Position numbers and translations under genes: made by a program. A stretch of DNA of 56,591 nucleotides from the NCBI GenBank assembly GCA_964633425.1, contig CAZWFX010000007.1, positions 1 through 56,591 on the forward strand, in the 5' to 3' direction. Below, one piece after another: positions 8,161-16,135 of this stretch (positions are counted from its first letter, which is position 1; each line of letters begins with the position of its first letter). Source of the stretch: an uncultured Candidatus Saccharibacteria bacterium. Its GTDB lineage: Bacteria > Patescibacteriota > Minisyncoccia > Phycocordibacterales > UBA2100. Below the pieces are notes generated by a model. That model searched no databases and was not told where the DNA came from. It saw only the letters and a list, made by a program, of their open reading frames with translations.

Positions 8161-8358
8161 TCAGCAGGCCTCAGGACCGTAGCCGACCCCGAAATAGCCG
8201 ACGGCATTGTGGAGCGGCAGGCAACGGCTTTCAGCCTTCACAGCGGCAGGCGACGCTGCCGTACTCTCACGTCCTGGAAGCCCGGCGGAGAGAGAAAGCG
8301 CGAGGGAGACGATCGAAACGGCAAAAGCGACGCTCGAGAGAGCGAATGATAGTTTCAT
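8161..8358 (-). CDS. Small secreted protein (65 aa, signal peptide, two Cys)
   Basis: MKLSFALSSVAFAVSIVSLALSLSAG signal-like N-terminus. GGAG lies 8 nt upstream of the ATG. Confidence 0.5.
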   Translation of the reverse strand: MKLSFALSSVAFAVSIVSLALSLSAGLPGRESTAASPAAVKAESRCLPLHNAVGYFGVGYGPEAC

Positions 8359-8447
8359 GGGGTGCTCCGGGGTTGGGGTCTTCCGCGCAAAAAATGCCAC
8401 GATGTACCATATGTGTCAAGACAATTGAGCGGGAATAGGCTCAAAGG

Positions 8448-8476
8448 TTGCTTTTTTGAGGCTTTTTCGGTATAGT
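8448..8476 (+). promoter_or_regulatory. Sigma-70-type promoter for rplU
   Basis: TTGCTT (8448-8453), 17-nt spacer, TATAGT (8471-8476). Confidence 0.5.
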
Positions 8477-8489
8477 GCCGCGAACGTTT

Positions 8490-8807
8490 ATGGCAAAGAT
8501 TGCAATCATTCAGACAGGCGGCAAACAGTATGTTGTCGCAGAGAACGACATCATCGAGATTGAGCGTGTCGAGGGCGCGGAAAACGCGGGCGACAAAGTC
8601 ACCTTTGATCAGGTTCTCCTCACCGACGACGGTAAGGCAGTTTCCGTTGGCGCACCGCTCGTAAAGGGCGCAAAGGTAACCGGCGAGCTTGTAACGAACA
8701 AGCGAGGTCCGAAGGTCACCATCATCAAGTACAAGCAGAAGTCGCGCTACTACAAAAAGCGCGGACACCGCCAGGATCTTGCGAAGGTAAAGATCACTTC
8801 ACTCTAA
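8490..8807 (+). CDS. rplU: 50S ribosomal protein L21
   Basis: MAKIAIIQTGGKQYVV...KRGHRQ, typical of L21. Confidence 0.95.
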   Translation: MAKIAIIQTGGKQYVVAENDIIEIERVEGAENAGDKVTFDQVLLTDDGKAVSVGAPLVKGAKVTGELVTNKRGPKVTIIKYKQKSRYYKKRGHRQDLAKVKITSL

Positions 8808-8815
8808 AAAAAGAT

Positions 8816-8849
8816 AACGACCGCCATACAGGCGGTCGTTTCTTTTCTC
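8816..8849. terminator. Rho-independent terminator after rplU (may also serve the convergent gene)
   Basis: aacgaccgcc-ataca-ggcggtcgtt followed by tcttttct. Confidence 0.8.
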
Positions 8850-8854
8850 GAGGC

Positions 8855-9076
8855 TCAGCGCATCTGACGCTGTGTCAGGTGAAAGCGGCCCTCGCCCTGT
8901 TGCATCACGTGCGGGCTCGCGGAGACAAGTCCCTTGAAGCCGCCCGATGACATGCACTTATGGAAGTTCATTTTCGCGCCCGCGACCGGAGTCGCGTCCG
9001 GATTACACATCCGAAACATGTGCTTGTTATGCTCGTTCTCGACGACCATGCACTTGAGACAGAGGACACGTGTCAT
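8855..9076 (-). CDS. Small Cys-rich protein (73 aa), unknown function
   Basis: GGAGGT SD lies 6 nt upstream of ATG 9076. Contains CLKC plus two further Cys. Confidence 0.5.
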   Translation of the reverse strand: MTRVLCLKCMVVENEHNKHMFRMCNPDATPVAGAKMNFHKCMSSGGFKGLVSASPHVMQQGEGRFHLTQRQMR

Positions 9077-9140
9077 TGCCACCTCCATTGCTCTGCAAAT
9101 CGTAGCAACTCTTCTCGGAACAGACGGTACGATGCCTGTG

Positions 9141-9168
9141 TATAAAACGGGACCGCCGAAGCGGTCCC
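9141..9168 (-). terminator. Rho-independent terminator (copy 1 of an identical 20-nt hairpin)
   Basis: gggaccgc-cgaa-gcggtccc (9149-9168), followed by a T-run on the minus strand. Confidence 0.75.
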
Positions 9169-9191
9169 AGAGATCTGCATTCGAGTTCTCT

Positions 9192-9500
9192 TCAGGATTG
9201 GTTCGTGCGCGTGTGGCGGACGCCCTTTTCGCGCGCGAGCCATCGTGCAATGTCGGCATACTCGATGCGCGACCACGCGGAATCTCCCGATCCGAATGCG
9301 CCGTTTTTGATGCGGCGGCCGGCGTTCCAATGGAAACCCCAGAGGAGCGATACGACAAGTCCGAACAGGGACGCCGACGCCCATGTTTCCTGGTTCAATA
9401 GAACAACCAGCGAATATACGGCGAGTCCGACGGTCACGAATATGTAGCGTGTCCGACAGTCCCTGTGGTAGCGCGCGAGTACGGCATCAAAGTCATCCAT
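9192..9500 (-). CDS. Small two-TM membrane protein (102 aa), paralog of 9611-9886
   Basis: GGAGGTGCT SD. Two hydrophobic helices, then the RRIKNGAFGS motif shared with the neighbouring gene. Confidence 0.65.
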   Translation of the reverse strand: MDDFDAVLARYHRDCRTRYIFVTVGLAVYSLVVLLNQETWASASLFGLVVSLLWGFHWNAGRRIKNGAFGSGDSAWSRIEYADIARWLAREKGVRHTRTNQS

Positions 9501-9563
9501 GTGAGCACCTCCGCGTCGCAGCATGGCAACCGCCGGCTCTCGTGTCAACGATGTTCCGTTCGA

Positions 9564-9592
9564 CAAAAAAGAGGGACCGCCGAAGCGGTCCC
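9564..9592 (-). terminator. Rho-independent terminator (copy 2 of an identical 20-nt hairpin)
   Basis: gggaccgc-cgaa-gcggtccc (9573-9592), followed by tctttttt on the minus strand. Confidence 0.8.
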
Positions 9593-9610
9593 TATAGTTC
9601 TGAGCACTTC

Positions 9611-9886
9611 TCATCCGGCCTTCGAACCGTCACGCGCGTGCTTCCATCGCATGAAATTCTCGGTCTCACGAGGACTACCGAAGGTTCCGCTTCGAATCCG
9701 CGCCGCAATACGGCGATAGTACAGCCATACAGCCACGACCAGGGCAACGCAGAGGCCTTGTCCTACAAAGCCGCGCTCGATCGTGTGCAGCACTCCTGCC
9801 GCGATTGTCGCTGCGAGAGAGAGCAGTCGATACATGCTGCGCTTGGTACTCAGATACGCTTCGAACGTTTCAATCCTATCTTTCAT
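9611..9886 (-). CDS. Small two-TM membrane protein (91 aa), paralog of 9192-9500
   Basis: GGAGGTGCT SD. Two hydrophobic helices, then the ARIRSGTFGS motif. Confidence 0.65.
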   Translation of the reverse strand: MKDRIETFEAYLSTKRSMYRLLSLAATIAAGVLHTIERGFVGQGLCVALVVAVWLYYRRIAARIRSGTFGSPRETENFMRWKHARDGSKAG

Positions 9887-9929
9887 TCAGCACCTCCGGC
9901 GGATAGCATGCGCCCTGAGGCAGCCGTGG

Positions 9930-10535
9930 TCAACGTCGTGATGCCATCGCGCTTTTGATGGTTTCAGGATCCGCATACTCAAGCTCGGAACCCGTTGAAA
10001 GTCCGCGGCCGAGCGATGTAATGGTGAGGGCGGGGAATTGCTCGGTGATATCTTCCCGCAAACGTACGGCTGTCGCGTCGCCTTCGGGATTAGCAGGGAA
10101 CGCGAGAATGACTTCGTTAAGTTCAAACCTGTCTGTAAGTGTCCGCATCAGTTCCTTTACGCGCAGGCCCGTCATTTGCTCCGATGCAAGGGAGATCGTG
10201 CCTCCGATCACAAAGTAGCGCCCCCGGTACGTGCCGCTTCGCTCGATTGCGAGAAGATCAGCATCAGATGCGATAACCGACAATAACGTGTCGTCGCGCT
10301 CAGGATTCGAGCAGATGCTGCATATGTCTGATTTCACGGCCCGTGTCGTGCCAAAGTAGCGCATACAGCTTTTGCACTGGGACACGCTGCCACCAAGTTC
10401 CTGCACGGATTCTATGAACTCCCGACGCAGCGACGGCGAAGAGCGTAGTAGATACTGCACGAATCGCTGTGCCTGACGAGGCCCGATACCGGGAAATTTT
10501 TCAAATAAATTCGAGAGTCGCTCAATGGGATCCAT
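9930..10535 (-). CDS. recR: Recombination protein RecR
   Basis: HhH motif (FPGIGPRQAQR), C4 zinc finger (CKSC...CSIC) and Toprim domain. Confidence 0.95.
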   Translation of the reverse strand: MDPIERLSNLFEKFPGIGPRQAQRFVQYLLRSSPSLRREFIESVQELGGSVSQCKSCMRYFGTTRAVKSDICSICSNPERDDTLLSVIASDADLLAIERSGTYRGRYFVIGGTISLASEQMTGLRVKELMRTLTDRFELNEVILAFPANPEGDATAVRLREDITEQFPALTITSLGRGLSTGSELEYADPETIKSAMASRR

Positions 10536-10542
10536 GGAGCCG

Positions 10543-10551
10543 AGTATACCA
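10543..10551 (-). promoter_or_regulatory. Extended -10 promoter (TGgTATACT) for leaderless recR
   Basis: On the minus strand, TGgTATACT is followed by 7 nt and then ATG 10535. Lies directly after the dnaB stop. Confidence 0.45.
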
Positions 10552-10553
10552 AT

Positions 10554-12023
10554 TTAGAAGGGAGCGCTTTCGCCACCACCTTCAATAGTGGCTTCAGTAA
10601 CAAAATCTCCGAAATCACTCTTATCGATGGACAAGAACGTGGCCTTCTCCTCATCGAACCGCAGCGAAACTTTGCCGATCGGACCGTTTCGGTGTTTTTC
10701 CACCAGGACCTCCGCAATACCATTCTTGTCGTTCTCGGCACGGTTGCCCTGCATGTCTTCGCGGTGGATGAACATAACAATGTCCGCGTCTTGTTCGATG
10801 GATCCGGAGTCTCGAAGGTCTGAAAGTCGGGGGCGCCCGCCACGCTGCTCCACGGCTCGGGAGAGCTGAGAAAGTGCAATCACAGGCACGTCCAGTTCGC
10901 GTGCCATACCTTTAAGAGAGCGCGAGATCTCGGTAACCTGCTGCACCAAATTGTCTTTTGCTCGATTGTCAGACGGCACGATGAGCTGAAGGTAGTCAAC
11001 GATGATGAGTCCCAGATCCTTTTCAGCCTTGAGGCGTCGAGCAACGGATCGCATCGAAAGAATTGTTGCGCCAGGCGCGTCGTCAATATATATAGGCGCT
11101 TCGGAAAGCGTTGCGATCCCGTGCTGCAGACGTTCAAAGTCATCGTCCTTACGGATCTTGCCGGTACGCAGCTGCCATGAATTCACTTTCGCCTCAGCCG
11201 CAAGCATGCGGTCCACGAGTTGCTGCGAAGACATTTCGAGCGAAAAGATACCGACGGGTGTTTTGTGTTTGACCGCGGTCTGGCGAGCGATGTCGAGCGC
11301 GAGCGATGTTTTTCCCATCGACGGACGGGCCGCAAGGATAATGAGGTCCGACTTTTGAAAGCCCGACAACATGTTGTCGAGGGCGGGGAAGCCCGACGGG
11401 ACGCCTCGCATGGCGCCGTCGTCTTTCTGAAGTTTCTCCAGGCGCTCCCATGCTTCGGCGAGTTCATCCTTGAGTTGCGAGAACTTTCGAACGCTGGAAC
11501 CTTGCGTGATCGCGAATATTGAACGCTCCGCTTCGTCGAGCACTGATTCTACCTCTCGCTCCTCCTGAAATCCGAGTTCAGAAATATTGATACCGGCATC
11601 AATCAGCTTACGAAGGTTAGATTTCGTCTGTACGATCTCTGCGTAGTGCTTCGCGACTCCGGGTGAGACCGACAGGTTCGAGAGTTCAGCGAGTGCCGAC
11701 AGACCGCCCACATCTTCCAGTTGTTTGCGGTCCTTTAACAGACCTGCAACAGTCTGCACATCGACCGGCGTTCCTTTTCCGTACAGCGAGAGCATCGCGT
11801 CAAAGATAGTGCGATGCATTCCCGAGTAAAATGAATCAACTTGTACAACGTCCACGACGTCGTACATGGCACCGGAATTCAAAAGGAGGGTTCCCAAGAG
11901 CGCTCGCTCAGCATCAAGGTTCTGCGGGGGGATACGTACGCTGGGGTACGCGGGACTGGTCACGCGGCGACCGGTTTCAGGAATGTCCCGTTTTTGTCGT
12001 GATCTGTTACGGTCGGCGTCCAT
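10554..12023 (-). CDS. dnaB: Replicative DNA helicase DnaB
   Basis: DnaB N-domain (PPQNLDAERALLG), Walker A (GARPSMGKTS) and later DnaB motifs. ATG 12023 is preferred because TACTAT lies 6 nt upstream; GTG 12041 is the alternative start. Confidence 0.93.
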   Translation of the reverse strand: MDADRNRSRQKRDIPETGRRVTSPAYPSVRIPPQNLDAERALLGTLLLNSGAMYDVVDVVQVDSFYSGMHRTIFDAMLSLYGKGTPVDVQTVAGLLKDRKQLEDVGGLSALAELSNLSVSPGVAKHYAEIVQTKSNLRKLIDAGINISELGFQEEREVESVLDEAERSIFAITQGSSVRKFSQLKDELAEAWERLEKLQKDDGAMRGVPSGFPALDNMLSGFQKSDLIILAARPSMGKTSLALDIARQTAVKHKTPVGIFSLEMSSQQLVDRMLAAEAKVNSWQLRTGKIRKDDDFERLQHGIATLSEAPIYIDDAPGATILSMRSVARRLKAEKDLGLIIVDYLQLIVPSDNRAKDNLVQQVTEISRSLKGMARELDVPVIALSQLSRAVEQRGGRPRLSDLRDSGSIEQDADIVMFIHREDMQGNRAENDKNGIAEVLVEKHRNGPIGKVSLRFDEEKATFLSIDKSDFGDFVTEATIEGGGESAPF

Positions 12024-12131
12024 ACGGGCATAGTAACCCACCTGTGTGGGCTTCCGGTGTGCGCGGTTCCCGGCTATCCGAGGATATGGTGTGGATAGCC
12101 GGGCCCGCCTTTTAGGGCCTCAGCGGGCCCC

Positions 12132-12160
12132 TTGACGGCCCCGTGGGGATTTGATACAAC
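12132..12160 (+). promoter_or_regulatory. Sigma-70-type promoter for the 12229 gene
   Basis: TTGACG (12132-12137), 17-nt spacer, TACAAC (12155-12160) preceded by TGa. Confidence 0.5.
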
Positions 12161-12228
12161 CTAAACCACAGGTGTAAAAATAGTCAAATTTAGCCCCGCA
12201 AACACACTTTAGATAATCACTTTTAACC

Positions 12229-13251
12229 ATGCTTTCATTCTCACCGAAGATCGTGACGAAGGAGCTTTTGCTCGAATTGCCGGACCGCTCGCGCCGCGTG
12301 CTTGTTGACCGATTCGGTCTTTCGCAAAAAGGAGAGCAGCGCACGCTCGATGCAATCGGTCAGGAATACGGCATCACACGAGAACGCATCCGTCAGATCG
12401 AAAATCACGGCATTGCCGCTGTTCGCGACTCGGATTCATACACGACGCACGAGCCGACGCTCGAAGACCTCAAAAAGGCGCTCATCACGCTTGGTTCCGT
12501 GCTTGCCGAGGAAACAGTCCTTGAGCATGTTGCAAAGCAGGAAGCAGACCACAATCACATTGTGTTTTTGCTTACCGTCGGTCATCCGTTTCAGTTCGCA
12601 CGTGAGAACAATGACTTCAAGGCCCGCTGGCACGTCGACGAACAGCTCTCGGAGCAGGTAGAGAACGCGCTTCAGAACCTGTACGAGTCACTCGAGCCGA
12701 ATCGACTCACGCCTGAAGATGAGTTTTTGCAGCTTTTTTCAAAATACCTCAAGCAGGAAGGTGTAAAGACCCGTCCGGATGAAGTGCTTTCACGATGGCT
12801 CATGATATCGAAGCGCATCGGCCGTAATCCGCTCGGTGAGTGGGGCCGCACCGAATCGCCGCACGTTCGCATCAAGAACACGCGTGACTTCGCGTATCTC
12901 ACGCTCAAGCGCCACGGCTCTCCGATGCACTTCACAGAGGTTGCGCAGGGGATCGAAAAATTGTTCGGTCGCGAAACTCATCCGGCAACTACGCACAACG
13001 AACTCATCAAGGACGGACGATTCGTTCTTGTAGGCCGGGGTCTCTACGCGCTCAAGGAGTGGGGATACGAGCCGGGAGTCGTCCGCGACGTTATCCGCGG
13101 TATCCTCGAGCGAGAAGGTCCGCTTTCTCGCGAAGACATCATCGACCGCGTGAAGCGGGAACGATATGTCAAAGACGCGACCATCGCGGTCAATCTTCAG
13201 AACGGCATGTTCGTTCGACAGAATGACGGACGATACGCACTGACTAAATAA
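12229..13251 (+). CDS. Sigma-70 region 4-like HTH plus HARE-HTH-like DNA-binding protein
   Basis: N-terminal TLDAIGQEYGITRERIRQIENHG (region 4.2-like). C-terminal MHFTEVAQGIEKLF...GRFVLVGRGLYALKEW (HARE-HTH-like). Confidence 0.8.
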   Translation: MLSFSPKIVTKELLLELPDRSRRVLVDRFGLSQKGEQRTLDAIGQEYGITRERIRQIENHGIAAVRDSDSYTTHEPTLEDLKKALITLGSVLAEETVLEHVAKQEADHNHIVFLLTVGHPFQFARENNDFKARWHVDEQLSEQVENALQNLYESLEPNRLTPEDEFLQLFSKYLKQEGVKTRPDEVLSRWLMISKRIGRNPLGEWGRTESPHVRIKNTRDFAYLTLKRHGSPMHFTEVAQGIEKLFGRETHPATTHNELIKDGRFVLVGRGLYALKEWGYEPGVVRDVIRGILEREGPLSREDIIDRVKRERYVKDATIAVNLQNGMFVRQNDGRYALTK

Positions 13252-13260
13252 CGAACGTAA

Positions 13261-13292
13261 AGCAAAAGACCGCCACAAGGCGGTCTTTTGCT
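13261..13292 (+). terminator. Rho-independent terminator
   Basis: caaaagaccgcc-acaa-ggcggtcttttg. Confidence 0.85.
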
Positions 13293-13335
13293 ATTCATGA
13301 GGAAATGTCTCCGCGTCGCGTGATATTATTTTTGT

Positions 13336-14784
13336 ATGTCTGGAGGTCATAAAGAACTTGGCGACGGGCACACACCGTTGGACTTTGTCGTCTGGTTCAT
13401 AAAACTGGTTTTCAATCTTGAAGATCAGGTCAAATATGTCGGCAATTGGGGTGTCTCGCGCGCGTTGTATTTGTCATCGGCCTACATCGGTCTGTTCGTG
13501 ATCCTCGGACACCTGATTCCGAACCTCCCCGGCTTTACGTTTCGCTGGATGATCGGGACCGCTCCAATCTGGCTGCCTGCTGCGCTCTGGGTCATGTGCT
13601 GGAACGCGTGGATTTGGTATATACAGGCCCTTTTTCTTTCGGGACGAAACCCCGTCCTTTTGGAAATGCGCATGCCGCGCGAAATATCGAAGTCACCGCG
13701 CGCAATGGAGCTCGCGATATCGAATCTTTCAACATCATCCGGCGAAACCACATTCGTTCATCGTGCCTGGAAGGGGCAGATTCGTACCTATTTCTCGTTC
13801 GAGATCGCAAGTTTCGGTGGGGAAGTGCACTTCTATATATGGTGTTGGAAAAACTACCGAGCTGCTGTTGAGGCGGGACTGTACGCGCACTATCCGGAGA
13901 TCGAGCTTGTGGAAGTTGAGGACTACGCGTCGAAGTTCCGATACGATCCCTCGGTTCATGCTGCATTCTGTACCGACTGGCGTCGCGAGACGTACGTGCC
14001 CGGACCGAAAACTGGTTCGCGCAATGTTGATGCCTATCCGATCAAGACATACATCGACTTTGAGCTCGACAAAGACCCGAAAGAGGAACATAAGGTTGAG
14101 CCGCTCGCGCAGGTCATCGAATATTTTTCTTCTCTCAAGCCGAATGAGCAGGCGTGGGCGCAGATTGTCGTGCGAAAGGCGGGCAACTACGACGGCGTTT
14201 TGTTTCCGGCCGACATGGATCACGAGTGGCAAGATGCGGTGCGGGCCGAGATCAACCGTGTACAGTTCGTAGCAACCAGTCGCCCGAAGGATCCGGACGG
14301 TCACGGGGACCCTCATACTGATGACGACCGCTCTCAGTTCCCACGCCCCAGCGAATCTCAAAGAGAGCAGTTGGTCGCTATGGAACGCAATTTCGGTAAA
14401 TTTGCATTCGAGGTCGGTATGCGCGGTTGCTATATCTCAACCGGAGATCTGCACGGTCCTACCTACGGCGGCATGCGCTACCTGTGGCGTCCGTTCAATA
14501 ATGCTCAGTACCGCTCCTCGTTGAAACCGAAGCGCTGGACCAATGACTTTGACTATCCGTGGCAGGACATCAACGGCATCCGCAACGTCAATCAGACGCG
14601 TCGTTTCCTCGATGCATATCGCCGTCGCAGCTTCTATACGTCTCCGTGGAAAACACCGACGTTTATCATGACAAATGAGGAGCTTGCAAGCATTTGGCAC
14701 CCGCCGAGCGCAACGGTGCAGGCGCCGGGCCTTGCACGCATACCGGCGACAAAGGCATCTGCTCCGGCCAACTTGCCGCGATGA
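13336..14784 (+). CDS. Large conserved-looking membrane protein of unknown function (482 aa)
   Basis: Three or four N-terminal TM helices, then a soluble domain beginning LEMRMPREISKSPRAMELAISNL. Leaderless-type start: TGaTATTAT, then 6 nt, then ATG. Confidence 0.8.
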   Translation: MSGGHKELGDGHTPLDFVVWFIKLVFNLEDQVKYVGNWGVSRALYLSSAYIGLFVILGHLIPNLPGFTFRWMIGTAPIWLPAALWVMCWNAWIWYIQALFLSGRNPVLLEMRMPREISKSPRAMELAISNLSTSSGETTFVHRAWKGQIRTYFSFEIASFGGEVHFYIWCWKNYRAAVEAGLYAHYPEIELVEVEDYASKFRYDPSVHAAFCTDWRRETYVPGPKTGSRNVDAYPIKTYIDFELDKDPKEEHKVEPLAQVIEYFSSLKPNEQAWAQIVVRKAGNYDGVLFPADMDHEWQDAVRAEINRVQFVATSRPKDPDGHGDPHTDDDRSQFPRPSESQREQLVAMERNFGKFAFEVGMRGCYISTGDLHGPTYGGMRYLWRPFNNAQYRSSLKPKRWTNDFDYPWQDINGIRNVNQTRRFLDAYRRRSFYTSPWKTPTFIMTNEELASIWHPPSATVQAPGLARIPATKASAPANLPR

Positions 14785-15857
14785 CAACTATGAAAAAAAT
14801 TATCGCGGTCGTTCGTGAGTTCTGTTCTGATGTCGTGCAGTTTGTCGTGCAGTTCTTTGCGACGAGCGACGAAATTCAGGAAGATCTTTCGGAAAAGTGG
14901 CGGCTCCACGCGAACCGCCGTACGCTTATTATTCTTGCGGTCAGCGGCACGCTTGCGCTCGCCTTGTACGTGTATGTCATCGAGCCGCCGGTGAACTTTC
15001 CGCTTCAGCAGCTGGTTACGGTGCGTGAAGGCGCATCGCTTGATGAGATCGCGTTCGATCTTGAGGCGCAGGGGGTCGTGAGCTCGGCGTTCGCTTTTAA
15101 AGCGCTGGCGGTCGCGACCGGTCATGCCAGAGCGCTCCATGCCGGTGATTACATTTTTAAAGAGCCGAAGGACATTTTCAGCGTCGTGCGAGCGATATCA
15201 CTCGGCGCATTCGGCCTCGAGCCCGAGAAGATTCGCATTCCGGAGGGCGCAACGACACGTTCCATGGCTATTATTTACAAGAGTCGCCTGCTTCGATTCG
15301 ATGCGGATAAATTCCTTGCAAAAGCGCAGCCGCTCGAAGGTTATTTGTTTCCGGATACGTATTTCTTTTTGCCGAACGCCGACGAGGATACGGTCATTAA
15401 CGCAATGCGCGCCGATTTTGATGAGCACATGAAGCCGTACGAGAGCGAGATTGCATCATCGTCCAGAACACTTTCGGAAATCATTACGCTGGCATCCATT
15501 ATTGAACGCGAGGCGTCGCGCTCGGATGACAGGCACATGATCTCAGGCGTTCTCTATAACCGACTTGCAAAGAACATGCCGCTGCAGGTAGATGTGACGT
15601 TTTTGTACACGATGGGAAAGAACACCTTTCAGCTCACCCTCGCAGATCTTCGTAGCGACAACCCGTACAACACGTATGTACACAAGGGCTTGCCGCCAGG
15701 CCCGATCGGGTCGCCGTCGCTCGACTCGATCGACGCAGCCGTGCATCCCGAAAAGCACGGGTATATTTTCTATCTGGCAGATAATACGGGGGTTACTCAT
15801 TACAGTAAGACGTACGAGGAACACCTGGCGAAGAAACGCCTGTATCTCGGTCGATAG
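14781..15857 (+). CDS. mltG: Endolytic murein transglycosylase MltG (YceG-like)
   Basis: N-terminal TM helix and YceG domain (ITLASIIEREA...VLYNRL...LQVDVT...YNTYVHKGLPPGPIGSP). ATGA overlap with the upstream gene. Confidence 0.92.
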   Translation: MTTMKKIIAVVREFCSDVVQFVVQFFATSDEIQEDLSEKWRLHANRRTLIILAVSGTLALALYVYVIEPPVNFPLQQLVTVREGASLDEIAFDLEAQGVVSSAFAFKALAVATGHARALHAGDYIFKEPKDIFSVVRAISLGAFGLEPEKIRIPEGATTRSMAIIYKSRLLRFDADKFLAKAQPLEGYLFPDTYFFLPNADEDTVINAMRADFDEHMKPYESEIASSSRTLSEIITLASIIEREASRSDDRHMISGVLYNRLAKNMPLQVDVTFLYTMGKNTFQLTLADLRSDNPYNTYVHKGLPPGPIGSPSLDSIDAAVHPEKHGYIFYLADNTGVTHYSKTYEEHLAKKRLYLGR

Positions 15858-15865
15858 CGGACACT

Positions 15866-15895
15866 TTGACAATTGGGGTACGAAGTGAGAATAAT
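15866..15895 (+). promoter_or_regulatory. Promoter for the structured RNA element upstream of mnmA
   Basis: TTGACA (15866-15871), 18-nt spacer, AATAAT (15890-15895). Confidence 0.5.
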
Positions 15896-15901
15896 GGAAA
15901 C

Positions 15902-16135
15902 GGTTGGCACTCCACTCCGGTGTCGAAAGCCGCGATGTGTGCCGCACCCGTGTCGGTAGCCAGAATACCCCTTGCCCCCTGAAGCGGCCGCTTCTCCGGC
16001 AACCCTTCTGTAGTCCGCACGTATCGTTCCCCGGATCGTTCCTCAGCTCTGTTGTGGAGGATCGAAAGCGTTGTGCTTTCGGCGACGGGAAGTGCGGGTC
16101 GGCAAGTTTTGCTTGTCGACCCGTTTACCTTTTTT
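15902..16135 (+). ncRNA. Candidate structured RNA: a rod-like sRNA or a cis-acting attenuator/leader of mnmA
   Basis: Nested long-range helices 15902-15908:16115-16121 and 15913-15930:16075-16094. Apical stem 15961-15965:16006-16010, 15972-15976:15998-16002 and 15981-15985:15990-15994. Has its own promoter and a terminal hairpin with T-run. No convincing ORF. Confidence 0.4.
16096..16135 (+). terminator. Terminator hairpin ending the structured element, T-run abutting the mnmA ATG
   Basis: gggtcggcaag / cttgtcgaccc (11 bp, one G-U), then gtttacc and tttttt (16130-16135). Confidence 0.6.

Noticed and set aside
9149-9592. Two identical 20-nt palindromic repeats, checked as a possible CRISPR or mini-array.
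   Set aside because: There are only two copies, 424 nt apart. Each sits directly after a stop codon and is followed by a T-run, so they are duplicated terminators.
15871-15885. aattggggtacgaag resembles part of the T-box consensus (AAnnnGGGUGGnACCGCG).
   Set aside because: It lies in the promoter spacer upstream of the predicted transcript start. It lacks the ACCGCG half, and no specifier-loop architecture is evident. mnmA is also not a typical T-box target.
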